Of a DNA stretch of 64,000 bases, positions 55,201-64,000 are shown one piece after another. The first letter of the stretch is position 1. Each line of letters starts with the position of its first letter. This stretch comes from Hydrolagus colliei (Eukaryota), in the NCBI GenBank assembly GCA_035084275.1, contig CM068757.1, forward strand, positions 15,872,001 to 15,936,000, written 5' to 3'. The notes under the pieces were generated by a model. It was not told where the DNA came from and made no database searches. It was given only the letters and a program-made list of their open reading frames with translations. The position numbers and the translations under genes were made by a program.

Positions 55201-56145
55201 AGGGAAATTTGACAAATTTTGCTCCAACAAAAAATTGCAGGGAGCTGATCCACCAAACACCAGTATGGTTTGCCTTGCTTCAGGGTATCCCTGACTCCTG
55301 TTACTTGGGACAGCTACGGCACACAGACACAGAGAGATAGACTCAGAGAGAGAGAGAGACTCAAGACAGATAGAGAGAAACAGACATAGACAGACAGGCA
55401 GGGAGGCAGGCAGGCAGACATACTCAGAGATAGATGCAGACTCAGAGAGAGAGAGAGAGACTCAGATAGACAGAGAGAGAGAGAGACTCAGATAGACAGA
55501 GAGAGAGAGAGAGACTCAGATAGACAGAGAGAGAGAGAGAGACTCAGAGAGAGATAGACTCCGACAGAGAGAGACAAAGAGAGACACAGACAGAGAGATA
55601 GAGAGAGAGTGACAGAGAGAGACTCAGAAAGAGAAAGAGACTGAGAAGGGGCAGAGAGAGACTCAGAGAGAGAGTGAGAGAAACTCAGACAGAGAGAGGC
55701 TCAGACAGAGAGACTCAGACAGACTCAGACAGAGAGACTCAGACAGAGAGACTCAGACAGAGAGACTCAGACACGCAGCCACCCAGAGACGCACTCAGAC
55801 ACACTCGGGGGCATGATTTTCTATTCGTCCATGTCATCAGCCAAATAGAGAGAGATCTGGAGAATGATGAGAGAGAGCTGGGTAGTAAATCACCCCCCAA
55901 AAGATGAGGATCAGGGCTCCCCCACAGCAATAACCAAAGCGGTTTGTTAACATTGCAGATTTGATTCCCGGACAAAGCAAAGCATAATCACCTGTAGGTG
56001 CTGTGTGGCGCAGAAAAAAAGCATCAAGAAAACTCGTCTGTTGTGCCACGGCAACATGGAAACACTTGTGTACTATCAGCCCAAAAGTTGTGAATGTCAA
56101 CAGCAAGTCTGCAGTGCTCCACCTTCAAGCAGCCATTACAGTTAA
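4172..56145 (+). CDS. MUC6: 3' portion of a spliced gel-forming mucin gene, MUC6-like: micro-exon-encoded PTS domain joined directly to a C-terminal cystine knot (5' VWD region lies upstream of the window)
   Basis: About 73 AG..GT-bounded phase 1-1 Thr/Ser/Pro-rich micro-exons, then two exons that splice in frame to an 11-Cys cystine knot and TAA. A PTS joined to the knot with no VWD4/VWC in between is the MUC6 architecture. TLTFQGCAVNVTVSHCEGYCYS resembles the human MUC6 knot as I recall it (EITFKGCMANVTVTRCEGACIS). The mucin call is firm; orthology is not search-verified. Confidence 0.8.
5033..5077 (+). CDS. Representative type A micro-exon, 45 nt: (A)AFPTESSTTFSTTT
   Basis: atattgtcag|CAG...ACAG|gtattt; recurs at about 9373, 13688, 18003, 22308, 24894, 27480, 35074, 37662, 42001, 46338, 53894. 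Confidence 0.7.
5212..5253 (+). pseudogene. Pseudo-exon (type B) with lost donor
   Basis: Ends CAGCAG|ctaaac where paralogues have |gtaaac; 7 such copies. Confidence 0.65.
5386..5427 (+). CDS. Representative type C micro-exon, 42 nt: (G)CARMSSSTTTTET
   Basis: ggtttccacag|GATG...AACTG|gtgagg; good splice sites, phase 1-1; about 13 intact copies. Confidence 0.65.
6091..6120 (+). CDS. Representative type D micro-exon, 30 nt: (E)TSTATTSTS
   Basis: tttctattccaacag|AAAC...ATCAG|gtatac; variant (E)TSTATTLIS at 7829-7858; about 17 copies. Confidence 0.68.
6763..6807 (+). CDS. Type A variant micro-exon, 45 nt: (A)AFTSQASTTFSTTT
   Basis: gttgtcag|CAG...CACGG|gtattt; 6 copies. Confidence 0.6.
6958..6999 (+). 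CDS. Type B variant micro-exon, 42 nt: (A)PTTATSTIPTTTT
   Basis: ctttttattttgcag|CACC...ACAG|gtaaac; strong polypyrimidine tract. Confidence 0.78.
8513..8557 (+). pseudogene. Pseudo-exon (type A) with lost donor
   Basis: Ends CCACAG|ttattt where paralogues have |gtattt; 9 such copies. Confidence 0.65.
8693..8737 (+). CDS. Type B variant micro-exon, 45 nt: (A)PTTTTTTAAPTTIT
   Basis: attacattctag|CACC...TAACAG|gtaaac; one per short unit, 9 intact copies. Confidence 0.75.
11277..11318 (+). CDS. Type B micro-exon, 42 nt: (A)TTTKTSTTPSTTA
   Basis: ttactttctag|CAAC...CAGCAG|gtaaac; intact-donor version of the exon that is donor-dead at 5212-5253. Confidence 0.75.
29200..29244 (+). CDS. Type A variant micro-exon, 45 nt: (A)EFTTEPSTTFSTTT
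   Basis: gttgtcag|CAGAATT...CCACAG|gtattt; last exon before Gypsy copy 2, with a twin before copy 3 (about 48033-48077). Confidence 0.6.
29390..29511 (-). repeat. 3' LTR of Gypsy copy 2 (122 bp)
   Basis: Aligns to the 5' LTR with about 20 differences; adjacent polypurine tract (aaggagggaggagc on minus, 29512-29525). Confidence 0.9.
33960..33977 (-). promoter_or_regulatory. Primer-binding site, tRNA-Ser(GCT)-type
   Basis: Plus strand atcccatcctcgtcgcca, 3 nt inside the 5' LTR, equals the 3' end of vertebrate tRNA-Ser(GCT) plus CCA (recalled). Copy 3 has one mismatch and copy 1 has two. Confidence 0.8.
34104..48222 (+). repeat. Exon-intron tandem array 2 (6 long, 4 short, 1 truncated unit)
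   Basis: Markers at 37610, 41949, 46286 (periods 4339, 4337); same unit types as array 1. Confidence 0.95.
48223..52922 (-). mobile_element. Full-length decayed Ty3/Gypsy (Mag-like) element, copy 3 (4700 bp)
   Basis: LTRs 48223-48344 and 52800-52922; same flanks and lesions as copies 1 and 2. Confidence 0.96.
53894..53938 (+). CDS. Type A PTS micro-exon, 45 nt: (A)AFPTESSTTFSTTT
   Basis: ttgtcag|CAGCATT...ACAACAG|gtattt; phase 1-1. Confidence 0.7.
54073..54111 (+). CDS. Last PTS micro-exon, 39 nt: (A)PTTTTSTIPSTP
   Basis: ttactttctag|CACC...CACCAG|gtaagc; near-consensus donor; phase 1-1, in frame with the cystine-knot exon. Confidence 0.88.
54200..54868 (+). mobile_element. L2-clade LINE 3' fragment (intronic)
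   Basis: Degenerate HL.NIA.L..YL...AETLIH...TSRL and IQNSA ORF2 C-terminus; 3' tail cgtgaaaggcgatttataag followed by (tat/tgt)n. Confidence 0.8.
55039..55141 (+). CDS. MUC6: Mucin cystine-knot exon 1: (V)PCAMGAHNTTLTFQGCAVNVTVSHCEGYCYSYN(E)
   Basis: Acceptor ttttccctttccag|TG, donor GA|gtaaga; 103 nt, phase 1 to phase 2; CxGxC knot motif (CEGYC); two N-glycosylation sequons (NTT, NVT). Confidence 0.92.
55320..55805. repeat. AG-rich micro/minisatellite in the last mucin intron
   Basis: (ga)n with gactcaga/cagacaga motifs. Confidence 0.9.
55959..56145 (+). CDS. MUC6: Terminal mucin exon: (E)FDSRTKQSIITCRCCVAQKKSIKKTRLLCHGNMETLVYYQPKSCECQQQVCSAPPSSSHYS*
   Basis: Acceptor ttaacattgcag|A matches phase 2 of the previous exon. 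CxCC and CxC motifs complete 11 Cys. Stop TAA at 56143-56145. Confidence 0.92.
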
Positions 56146-56238
56146 GCAAACGGCCTGTGACGCCCCGCCACCCTCTACACCAGCAATGTTGCCGTTTTCT
56201 ACAGGATGAATTTGCGGTTTTTCCAAAACTTCATCGGG

Positions 56239-56244
56239 ATTAAA
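56239..56244 (+). terminator. Probable polyadenylation signal (ATTAAA) of the mucin gene
   Basis: Variant hexamer about 94 nt after the stop, followed by a T/GT-rich tract at about 56276-56345. Confidence 0.55.
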
Positions 56245-56427
56245 ATCAATGAGAGAAAAAGCCCATTCCTTCTCATTTACTTTTGTGCCTGTGATGTGTG
56301 TGTGTGTGTCTGCGTGTGTGTCTGTCTGTGTCTGTGTGTGTCTCACTGTCTGCATTCATGTGATTGCGTTTGAAATAGTTACAGTAAAATGCAGGAACGC
56401 TTAGCATTGCTGTGGGTAAAGGTGAAA

Positions 56428-56657
56428 GCAACAACAACAACTTTGATTTATATAGCACCCTCCGCGCCGGGCGGCGTCTCAGAGAGCTTCACAATAGAGG
56501 ATCCCGGGACCGAGCCAGGGGCAGAAAGGTGACCAAAGGTGCGGTCGAAGAGAAAGGTCTTCAGCTGGGACCTGAAACTGAGAAAGGAAGGGGTGAAGGG
56601 AATGAGGGAGGGAATTCCAGAGCCTCGGGGCGTAGTGGCTGAAGGCACGGCCGCTGA
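56428..56657 (-). mobile_element. L2-clade LINE 3' end fragment
   Basis: GRAFSHYAPRLWNSLP and FRSQLKTFLF motifs on minus; (ttg)n tail. Confidence 0.8.
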
Positions 56658-56864
56658 TAACAAACCTATCAGAGTTAATTATTTTGCACACAGGCAAGCA
56701 CTAAATACATGGATGACACAGAAAGGTTGATCAGTTCATACTATTTAAGAAGACGTCGAACTGTTTGGTGAAGAGGATCCTCTGAAGTTTGGACAGAAAA
56801 TAGTGCAGCAAAACGATTCCAGAGTAGGCAGCCATGTTCCTATTAATCATATATTAGATGCTAT

Positions 56865-57188
56865 CCACACTCCCAGGTCAGCGACATCATAGGTTAGAAC
56901 CTCTACACTGTGCGTCCATACTCCCAAGTCAGGATTAGAGACACAGTAAAGCTCCCTCTATATTGTGTGTCCACACACCCAGGTCAGGGTTAGAGAAACA
57001 GTAAAGCTCCCTCTGCACTGTGCATCTGTCCACACACCCAGGTCAGGGTTAGAGAAACAGTAAAGCTCCCTCTGCACTGTGCATCTGTCCACACACCCAG
57101 GTCAGGGTTAGAGAAACAGTAAAGCTCCCTCTGCACTGTGCATCTGTCCACACACCCAGGTCAGAGCTACAGTAATGCTCCCTCTTTA
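56865..57188. repeat. 59-bp minisatellite (ccacacacccaggtcagggttagagaaacagtaaagctccctctgcactgtgcatctgt)
   Basis: Exact units start at 56971, 57030 and 57089, with degenerate flanking units; related motif at about 62600-62750 and 63320-63400. Confidence 0.9.
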
Positions 57189-57354
57189 GGCCTGGGAACT
57201 AAATGTACTTCTCCTACCAGTCACTGACCTGCAGGAGAAATTCAACATAATTATCACCGTTCTAGAACTATCACAGACATACAACAACAAAACTACACTT
57301 GTTTATCACCTTTCACATCAGGAGGACGACCCATGATTCTGGATAGTCAATGTT

Positions 57355-58365
57355 TCAAGATCCGAGATGGGGAGGGAGGGTGGAGGGAAAGGGGGGGATT
57401 TGGGGCGACCGATGGGACCGTCGAAGAGGAGGGTCTTGAAGTAGGATTTGAATGAGTCCAGGGAGAGGGCGAGGTGGAGGGACTGCGGGTTGGAGTTCCA
57501 GAGATTGGGGGCAGAGTGCCTGAAGGCTCGCCCGTCGATGGTGGGGTGGGTGACTCGGGGGACAAGGAGCAGGCCAGAGCCTACTGAGTGGAGGGGCCAG
57601 GCAAGTTGATAGGGGGTTAGGAAGTTGCAGATATAGGGTGGGGCGAGGCTGTGGAGGGCTTTAAATGTGAGAACCAGGATCTTGAATTGGATTCTCTGGG
57701 TGATGGGGAGCCAATGGAGCCGGCCCTGGGATGGGGAAGATGGGGTCACGAAGCTTGGAACAGTAGAGGACACAGGCCAGAATTCTGGATTATCTGCAGC
57801 CTGGAGAGGGAGGAGTTGGGGATGCCGACAAGCAGGGCATTACAATAATAATAATAATTGGCATAGTTGAGCTGGGATGTGATATAGGCGTGAATGGGGG
57901 TTTCAGTGGCCTGAGGGGTGAGGTAGTGGCGGAGCCGGGCAATATTGCGGAGGTGAGGGAAGGCAGAGCGGGTCATGGCTTGGATGTGGGGGAGGAAAGA
58001 CAGTTGAGAATCAAACAAGACGCCCAGGTTCCTGACTGGCTTGGTGAGGTGGAGTGAGCAACCATGGAGTTAATGCTGCCAGTGCCTGAGGTGTGAAGCC
58101 TCAGTCTTGTTGACATACAATTGTAGAACGTTAGCTCTCATCCAGGACTTGTCCGACAGACAGTCTGTCAGGACAGCAGTGGTCCTGGAGTCGAGGGTAG
58201 AGGCAGAGAGATAGAGTTGGGTGTCATCTGCATAACATGTGGAAGTTGACCCCAAGTCTGTGGATGACTTCACCAAGTGGGAGCTTGTAGATGTTGAAAA
58301 ATAGGGGCCAAGGACAGAGCCCTGGGGGACGCCACAGGTGACAGTGCGGAGGCTGAAAGACATAG
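57355..58365 (-). mobile_element. L2-clade LINE ORF2 fragment (RT and C-terminus)
   Basis: [41 protein letters not shown] motifs across frames. Confidence 0.92.
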
Positions 58366-58374
58366 GCGTCATTA

Positions 58375-59690
58375 GAGAAACCATCACAAACACTGTCACA
58401 ATCAATGTCACAGACACCGTCACACAGAAACAATCACAGACACTGTTAAATACACCATCACAGACATCGTCACAGACACCATCACAGACACTGACACAGA
58501 CACCGTCACAAACACAGTCGCACAGAGACTGACACTGAGACACTCACACGGAGATTGTTACAGACACACTCACACAGACGCTGTTACTGGCAACATCAGC
58601 GACAAAGTCACAGACACCGTCACAGACAACAATTACATTTGTATAGTGCCATTCACGTCAGGAGGACGTGTGTGACAGACACCACCACTGACATTCACAC
58701 AACAGTGACACAGACACCACCATAGAAACTGTCACAGAAACCATCACAAACACCGATCGAAACACAACACAATCACACAGACATCATCACAGAACTGTCA
58801 CACACTCACACAGACACACATACAGGCAGCATCACAGACACTATTACAGACACTTTCGCAGACACCATCAGACATACCATTAAACAGACACACAGACACC
58901 ATCACAGACACTTTCATAAAAGATTGTCACTGTCACAGACTACAATACAGACATGGTCATAGACATCATCATAGACAACAGCACACAGACTCTCAACAGT
59001 CCTGCAGCTCAGTGGTTAGAGCGCTCGCCTTACAAGCATGAGGTCTGTATTCGAATCTGGGCAGGTCGGGGTGAAACCTTGGGCAAGTTTCCTTACTACA
59101 CACACACACACACACACGTGCCTAATAATAATCCCTCTAAAAAAACAAATTGGTCATTTCAATCCACGACTGTTTGTGGAACGCTGCTCTGCCATGTTTC
59201 GCCCACAAATATACAGTCAATTCACTTTACAGTATATTCTGTGAAGCGCTTTGAGACATCTAGAAGACGTGAAAACGAACTGTATCAAAAATAAGGATTA
59301 TTACATTATTATTATCAGAGACACCGTCACTCAGACACACAGACCCCATCACAGTCACAAACACAGACACCATCACTCAGACACACAGACAATATCGCAT
59401 ACAGCATCACAGACTCTGTTTCAGACATCAACACAGATAATGGCACACAGTCACAGACACTGTCACAGACACTGTCACAGACACAGACGCCGTCACAGAC
59501 ACATAGACACCATTAGCAATACCATCGCACACTCACACAGACACACAGACATTGCTACAGATACCGTCACAAACATCACTGTCACAGACACTGACATAGA
59601 CACTGACATAGACACCATTAAAGATATGGTCAAACTGACACACAGACACTGAGACAGACGCAGTCACACAGACGCCATCACCGACACAAC
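58375..59690. repeat. CA-rich degenerate simple repeat (cacagacac...), interrupted by a SINE
   Basis: Many imperfect gtcacagacac / atcacagacac motifs. Confidence 0.85.
58998..59314 (+). mobile_element. tRNA-derived SINE with L2-type 3' tail (Deu-SINE-like)
   Basis: A-box gcagctcagtggttagagc, decayed B-box attcgaatc, tail gaagcgctttgagacatc...gacgtgaaa followed by (att)n, similar to neighbouring L2 tails. Confidence 0.8.
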
Positions 59691-60280
59691 AACAACAACA
59701 ACAATTTACATTTATATAGCGCCTTTCACGTCGGGAGGACGTCCCAAGGCGCTGAACAAGAGGCGTGTGACCCGAGCTGGGAGGGGAGTGTTTGGGAAGG
59801 GGTGAAACACGAAGGGGAGGTAAAAGAGTTCGGGGTGGAACAAAAGGCACGATCGAAGAGGAAAGTCTTCAAACCGGCCTTGAAAGAGGAAAGGGAAGAG
59901 GCGAAACGGAGGGATTGGGGGATGGCATTCCACAGGGTGGGAGCGGAGAAACTGAAGGCCCGGCCTCCGATGGTGGGGCGGTTCGGGCGGGGGCTTGGAG
60001 CAGGCCAAGTCCTGTTGAACGGAGGGTCCGGGTGGGCGTGTAGGGGGAGAGTAGATCGGCTAGGTAGGATGGGGCAAGGCCGTGTAAGGCCTTGTAGGTG
60101 AGGACGAGGATCTTAAACTCGATCCTCTGGAGGATGGGGAGCCAGTGGAGACGGGCGAGGGTGGGGGTTATGTGGTCGCGGAGGCGGGTGTGGGATAGTA
60201 CACGGGCTGCAGAGTTTGGGATGGCCTGCAGCCTGTGAATGGAGGAACTGGGGAGGCCGACTAGGAGAGAATTTCCGTAT
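59688..60280 (-). mobile_element. L2-clade LINE 3' fragment
   Basis: NSLLVGLP...[11 protein letters not shown]...[14 protein letters not shown]...[19 protein letters not shown]; (ttg)n tail. Confidence 0.92.
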
Positions 60281-60365
60281 TCACAGTCACAGACGCCGAC
60301 GCAGACTGTCAAACAAACACACAGGCAGCATCACGGACACCGACACAGACATGTTACAGACACAT

Positions 60366-61010
60366 ACAAGGCTGATGCACAGAATTAGTGCCCATGGAAT
60401 TAAAGGCAATATATTAGCATGGATCGAAGAGTGGCTAATGAGAAGAAATCAGGGAGTAGGGATAAAGGGGGCCTTCTCAGATTGGCAGGATGTGACTAGT
60501 GGAGTGCCACAAGGATCAGTGCTTGGGCCTCAACTATTTACAATCTATATCAATGATCTAGTCGAGGACATAGAATTAAAAATATCTAAATTTGCAGATG
60601 ATACAAAACTAGGTGGGAGAGTAAACACTGAGGATAACACAAAAAGAATGCTAACAAGGAAGGCTAACGGGGATGTTGGCGTTCATTACAAAAGAGTTAG
60701 AATGTACGAGTAGGGAAGTCTTCATGCAATGATATAGGGCCCCGGTGAGACTGTACCTGGAATATTGTGTGCAGTTTTGATCTCCTTAATTAACAAAGTA
60801 CAAACTCGCCTTTGAGAGGATGCAGCTGAGATTCACTAGGTTGTATCCTGGGATGAGGGGGTGTGTGGAGTTATGAGGAGAGGTTGAGTAATCTAAGCCC
60901 ATATTCTCTGGAATATAGAATAATTGAATTTGATCTTACAGAAATACTCCCTTCACTCACGAGGTTAGTGCATTTATGGAATTCTCCACCCCCAGAAGGC
61001 TACAGATGCT
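60366..61010 (+). mobile_element. CR1-clade LINE ORF2 fragment with internal deletions
   Basis: [15 protein letters not shown]...[21 protein letters not shown]...[10 protein letters not shown], then LEYCVQF.SP and YEERL remnants. Confidence 0.92.
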
Positions 61011-61133
61011 CAGTCCGGTGTGTGCCTGTGTACACCACAGCTTCTAACCATGGCCAGTGGGTAACGCGTCTCACAGTGCCCTCAGTGCCGGCTCCTGCTT
61101 TGGCTCTTGTCAATCTGCTCCGATGAGTTTCCG

Positions 61134-61167
<34 letters not shown>

Positions 61168-61429
61168 GGCGCGTTCCATCCCGAGTATCTATCTCTGGGA
61201 TTTCCGTGTGTGAGTGGTTTGTATGGAATTCTCCGCTTGGTTTGGACGGTGTCGGGAACGAACGGTGATGTGTTTCTGTGTGTGTCGGACACTCGGCTGA
61301 GCAGAAAACAAAATGGCTCCAAGGAGAGAGTGCAAATTCCACACCAGAAACAGGAATTGCAGAGGGGGGGGGGGGGACATGGAACTCCAGTTTGGGTTTG
61401 GATAGTGTCAGACACCCAGCTGATCCCAA

Positions 61430-62180
61430 ACAATTCTCTCTCTCTCTCTCTCTCCCACACAGTCTGCTCTCTCCCCCTCCCTCTCACACAATCTGCTCTC
61501 TCTCTCTCTCTCCATCACACACAATCTGCTCTCTCTCTCCCTCTCACACTCCCTCCCTCCCTCTCACACTCTCTCTCTCTCTCCCTCCCTCTCACACTCT
61601 CTCCCTCCCTCACACAGTCTGCTCTCTCTCTCTCTCCATCACACACAATTTGCTCTCTCTCTCCCCCTCCCTCTCACACTCTCTCCCTCCCTCTCACACT
61701 CTCTCTCTCTCTCCCTCCCTCTCACACTCTCTCCCTCCCTCACACAGTCTGCTCTCTCTCTCTCTCCATCACACACAATTTGCTCTCTCTCTCCCCCTCC
61801 CTCTCACACTCTCTCTCTCCCTCTCCCTCTCACACTCTCTCTCTCCCTCCCTCTCTCTCTCTCTCCCTCACAGTCTGCTCTCTCTCTCTCTCTCCATCAC
61901 ACACAATCTGCTCTCTCTCTCCCTCTCACACTCTCTCCCTCCCTCTCACACTCTCTCTCTCTCTCCCTCCCTCCTCTCACACTCTCTCCCTCCCTCACAT
62001 GTCACAGTCTGCTCTCTCTCTCTCTCCATCACACACAATTTGCTCTCTCTCTCCCCCTCCCTCTCACACTCTCTCTCTCCCTCCCTCTCTCCCTCTCTCT
62101 CTCTCCCACACAGTCTGCTCTCTCTCTCTCTCTCCCTCCCTCCCTCTCACTCTCTCTACTCCCTCCCTCTCCCGCTCTCT
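61430..62180. repeat. CT-rich minisatellite / low-complexity tract
   Basis: Repeated ctctctccatcacacacaatttgctctc and ccctccctctcacactct motifs. Confidence 0.92.
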
Positions 62181-62789
62181 GTGTATTATCCGTGTGCCTG
62201 TTTCCTGCTCGGCAGTGTTGTGTTGGAGTGCGCGCTGTGTAGACATTAGAGTAAGTCGAGCGCTGACCTTTCCTCTATATTCTCTGTGTTGGCCTCAGAG
62301 CAGAACTGCCAGCACAACAACCCCCCCCCCACCCCACACACACACACTCCCCCCCCCCCCCCACACACACAGCACACCACATACACTCCCCCCCCCACAC
62401 ACAACACACTCCCCCCCACACACACACACACAGGGACTGAGTGACAACCACAAACACACAGAGACAACACAGAGAGACACAGAGAGAGAGCGAGAGAGAG
62501 ACACAGACAGACAGGAAGGAGAAGGTCATTCGGCCAGATCCATCCGTGAGTACAACAGTGAGAGTGTGGGGGTGGCTGGGTGAGTGATGGCTGTATTTTT
62601 ACACTGTGCCTCTGGGTGAGTTTATACTGTACTCCCCCGTCAGTCACAGCACGGGTTACACACACAGTAAAGCTCCCTCTACACTGTCCATCCATCCGCA
62701 CCTCCCAGCTCAGGGTTACAGACACAGTACAGCTCCCTCACTGTGCGCCCACACATGTGGACCTGCTGGTGTGCTGGGGGTGGGGGGTT

Positions 62790-63320
62790 GGTCCAGGTGA
62801 CAATGCGGGCAGCGCAGTTTGGGGATTAATTGGATCCTGTGGATTTGTAGAGATCAGGAGACCGGTAAAGAGGACCTTTGAGAAGTCCAGTTGTGTGTGT
62901 GTGTGTGTGTGTTGGTGGGGGGGGGGCAACAAACGCGTAGATGAGTGTTTGGTCTGCGTCTGGGGTAAGTTACGCTTGGAGGCGGGAATGGTCGGGGACT
63001 AGACATGGGGAAGGAGCACGGATGGGGTCAAAGCTGACGCCTTGGTCGCACATTGGTTCGGTAACTCTAAGGGATAGCGGAGGCAGGCGAGGAGGTCAGA
63101 GCCACGGGATAGGAGATGTTGGTAAGAGCCAAAGGTTACGGCTTCCGGTCTTGCCAACATTTAGTTGTTGGAGGTTTCGCTCATCCAGGCCCTGATGTCC
63201 ACCAGACAGGCCGACAGAACATGGGCAGACTTGGGAGTCACAGCTGGAGGAGAAATACACTTGTGTGGAAGTTTACTCCAGGTCTACGGATGGTATCGCC
63301 CAGAGGGAGCCTATAGGTGA
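62790..63320 (-). mobile_element. Degraded L2-clade LINE fragment
   Basis: Minus-strand TYRLPLGDTIRRPGVNFH (upstream of the RT YADD motif) and downstream ORF2 remnants. Confidence 0.65.
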
Positions 63321-63404
63321 GGCAGAGTAAGAGAGTAGTCTCTCTCTACTCTGTCCATCTGCACTCCCAGGTCAGGATTAGAGTCAGAGCTACTCCTAGA
63401 TACA

Positions 63405-63729
63405 ATACAAATTACATTCACACCATGCCTTTCGTGTCGGGAGGACTTTCCAAGGCGCTGAACAGTCAGGATTTGGACTCGAGCCAGGCAGGGGAGCAGG
63501 CCAGAGATCGCTGCACGGAGGGAGCGGACAGGTCCTGGGTGAGAGTTCACGAGTGTTGCCTCACGCAGGTTCATTGGGAACACGGTGTTCTGGTGTCGGG
63601 GGCGGTGAGGGGAGGGAGGGGGCGGTGAGGGGAGGGAGGGGCGGTGGAGGGGAGGGAGGGTGAGGGGAGGGAGGGGGGCGGTGAGGGAGGGAGGGTGAGG
63701 GGGAGGGAGGGGGCGGTGAGGGGAGGGAA
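63405..63729 (-). mobile_element. L2-type 3' tail running into a G-rich simple repeat
   Basis: gcctttcgtgtcgggaggactttccaaggcgctgaac resembles the tail at 59720-59760. Confidence 0.55.
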
Positions 63730-63929
63730 NNNNNNNNNNNNNNNNNNNNNNNNNNNNNNNNNNNNNNNNNNNNNNNNNNNNNNNNNNNNNNNNNNNNNNN
63801 NNNNNNNNNNNNNNNNNNNNNNNNNNNNNNNNNNNNNNNNNNNNNNNNNNNNNNNNNNNNNNNNNNNNNNNNNNNNNNNNNNNNNNNNNNNNNNNNNNNN
63901 NNNNNNNNNNNNNNNNNNNNNNNNNNNNN
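63730..63929. other. Assembly gap (200 N)
   Basis: Run of n characters flanked by G-rich low-complexity sequence. Confidence 0.99.
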
Positions 63930-64000
63930 TGGTGGCGGGATGGCTGTGTGTGTGTGGGGGGGGGCGGGATGGCTGTGTGTGTGTGTGTGTGGAGGGGGGG

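Noticed and set aside
56003-56209. ORF-track 68-aa ORF MWRRKKASRK
   Set aside because: Wrong frame of the terminal mucin exon; the cystine-knot frame is set by the splice at 55959.
58998-59070. Functional tRNA gene
   Set aside because: Decayed B-box, no clean acceptor stem, and it continues into a SINE body with a LINE-type tail.
62216-62250. Possible exon (ggcag|TGTTG...TTAGA|gtaagt) of a downstream gene
   Set aside because: 35 nt, stops in two frames, no recognisable peptide or partner exon; it lies after the mucin stop.
61057-62583. 508-aa and 323-aa ORFs rich in Ser/Leu/Pro/His
   Set aside because: Stop-free only because they run through a CT-rich minisatellite; no domain; overlapping frames are equally open.

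Overview
Eukaryotic, repeat-rich vertebrate DNA; the repeat families suggest a cartilaginous fish (inference). The ORF track misses the main feature, which is the 3' part of a gel-forming mucin gene on the + strand, most like MUC6. Its Pro/Thr/Ser (PTS) domain is not one large exon. It is scattered over about 50 kb as a tandem array of 30-45 nt micro-exons (4172-54111), all phase 1-1 and multiples of 3. By hand I count about 96 exon slots: about 73 have intact AG..GT sites (about 980 aa if all are used) and about 23 have a dead splice site. The array splices in frame into two exons (55039-55141, 55959-56145) encoding an intact 11-cysteine C-terminal cystine knot, followed by a stop and an ATTAAA signal. 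The array is a nested higher-order repeat with ~0.86 and ~1.73 kb units, ~2.59 and ~4.3 kb higher-order periods, and 19-30 kb blocks. The blocks carry three copies of one old, antisense, decayed Gypsy (Mag-like) LTR retrotransposon that was duplicated passively with the exons. The remainder (54.1-64 kb) is L2/CR1 LINE fragments, a tRNA-derived SINE, mini- and microsatellites and a 200-N gap. Counts and alignments were done by eye; no database search or expression data were available.
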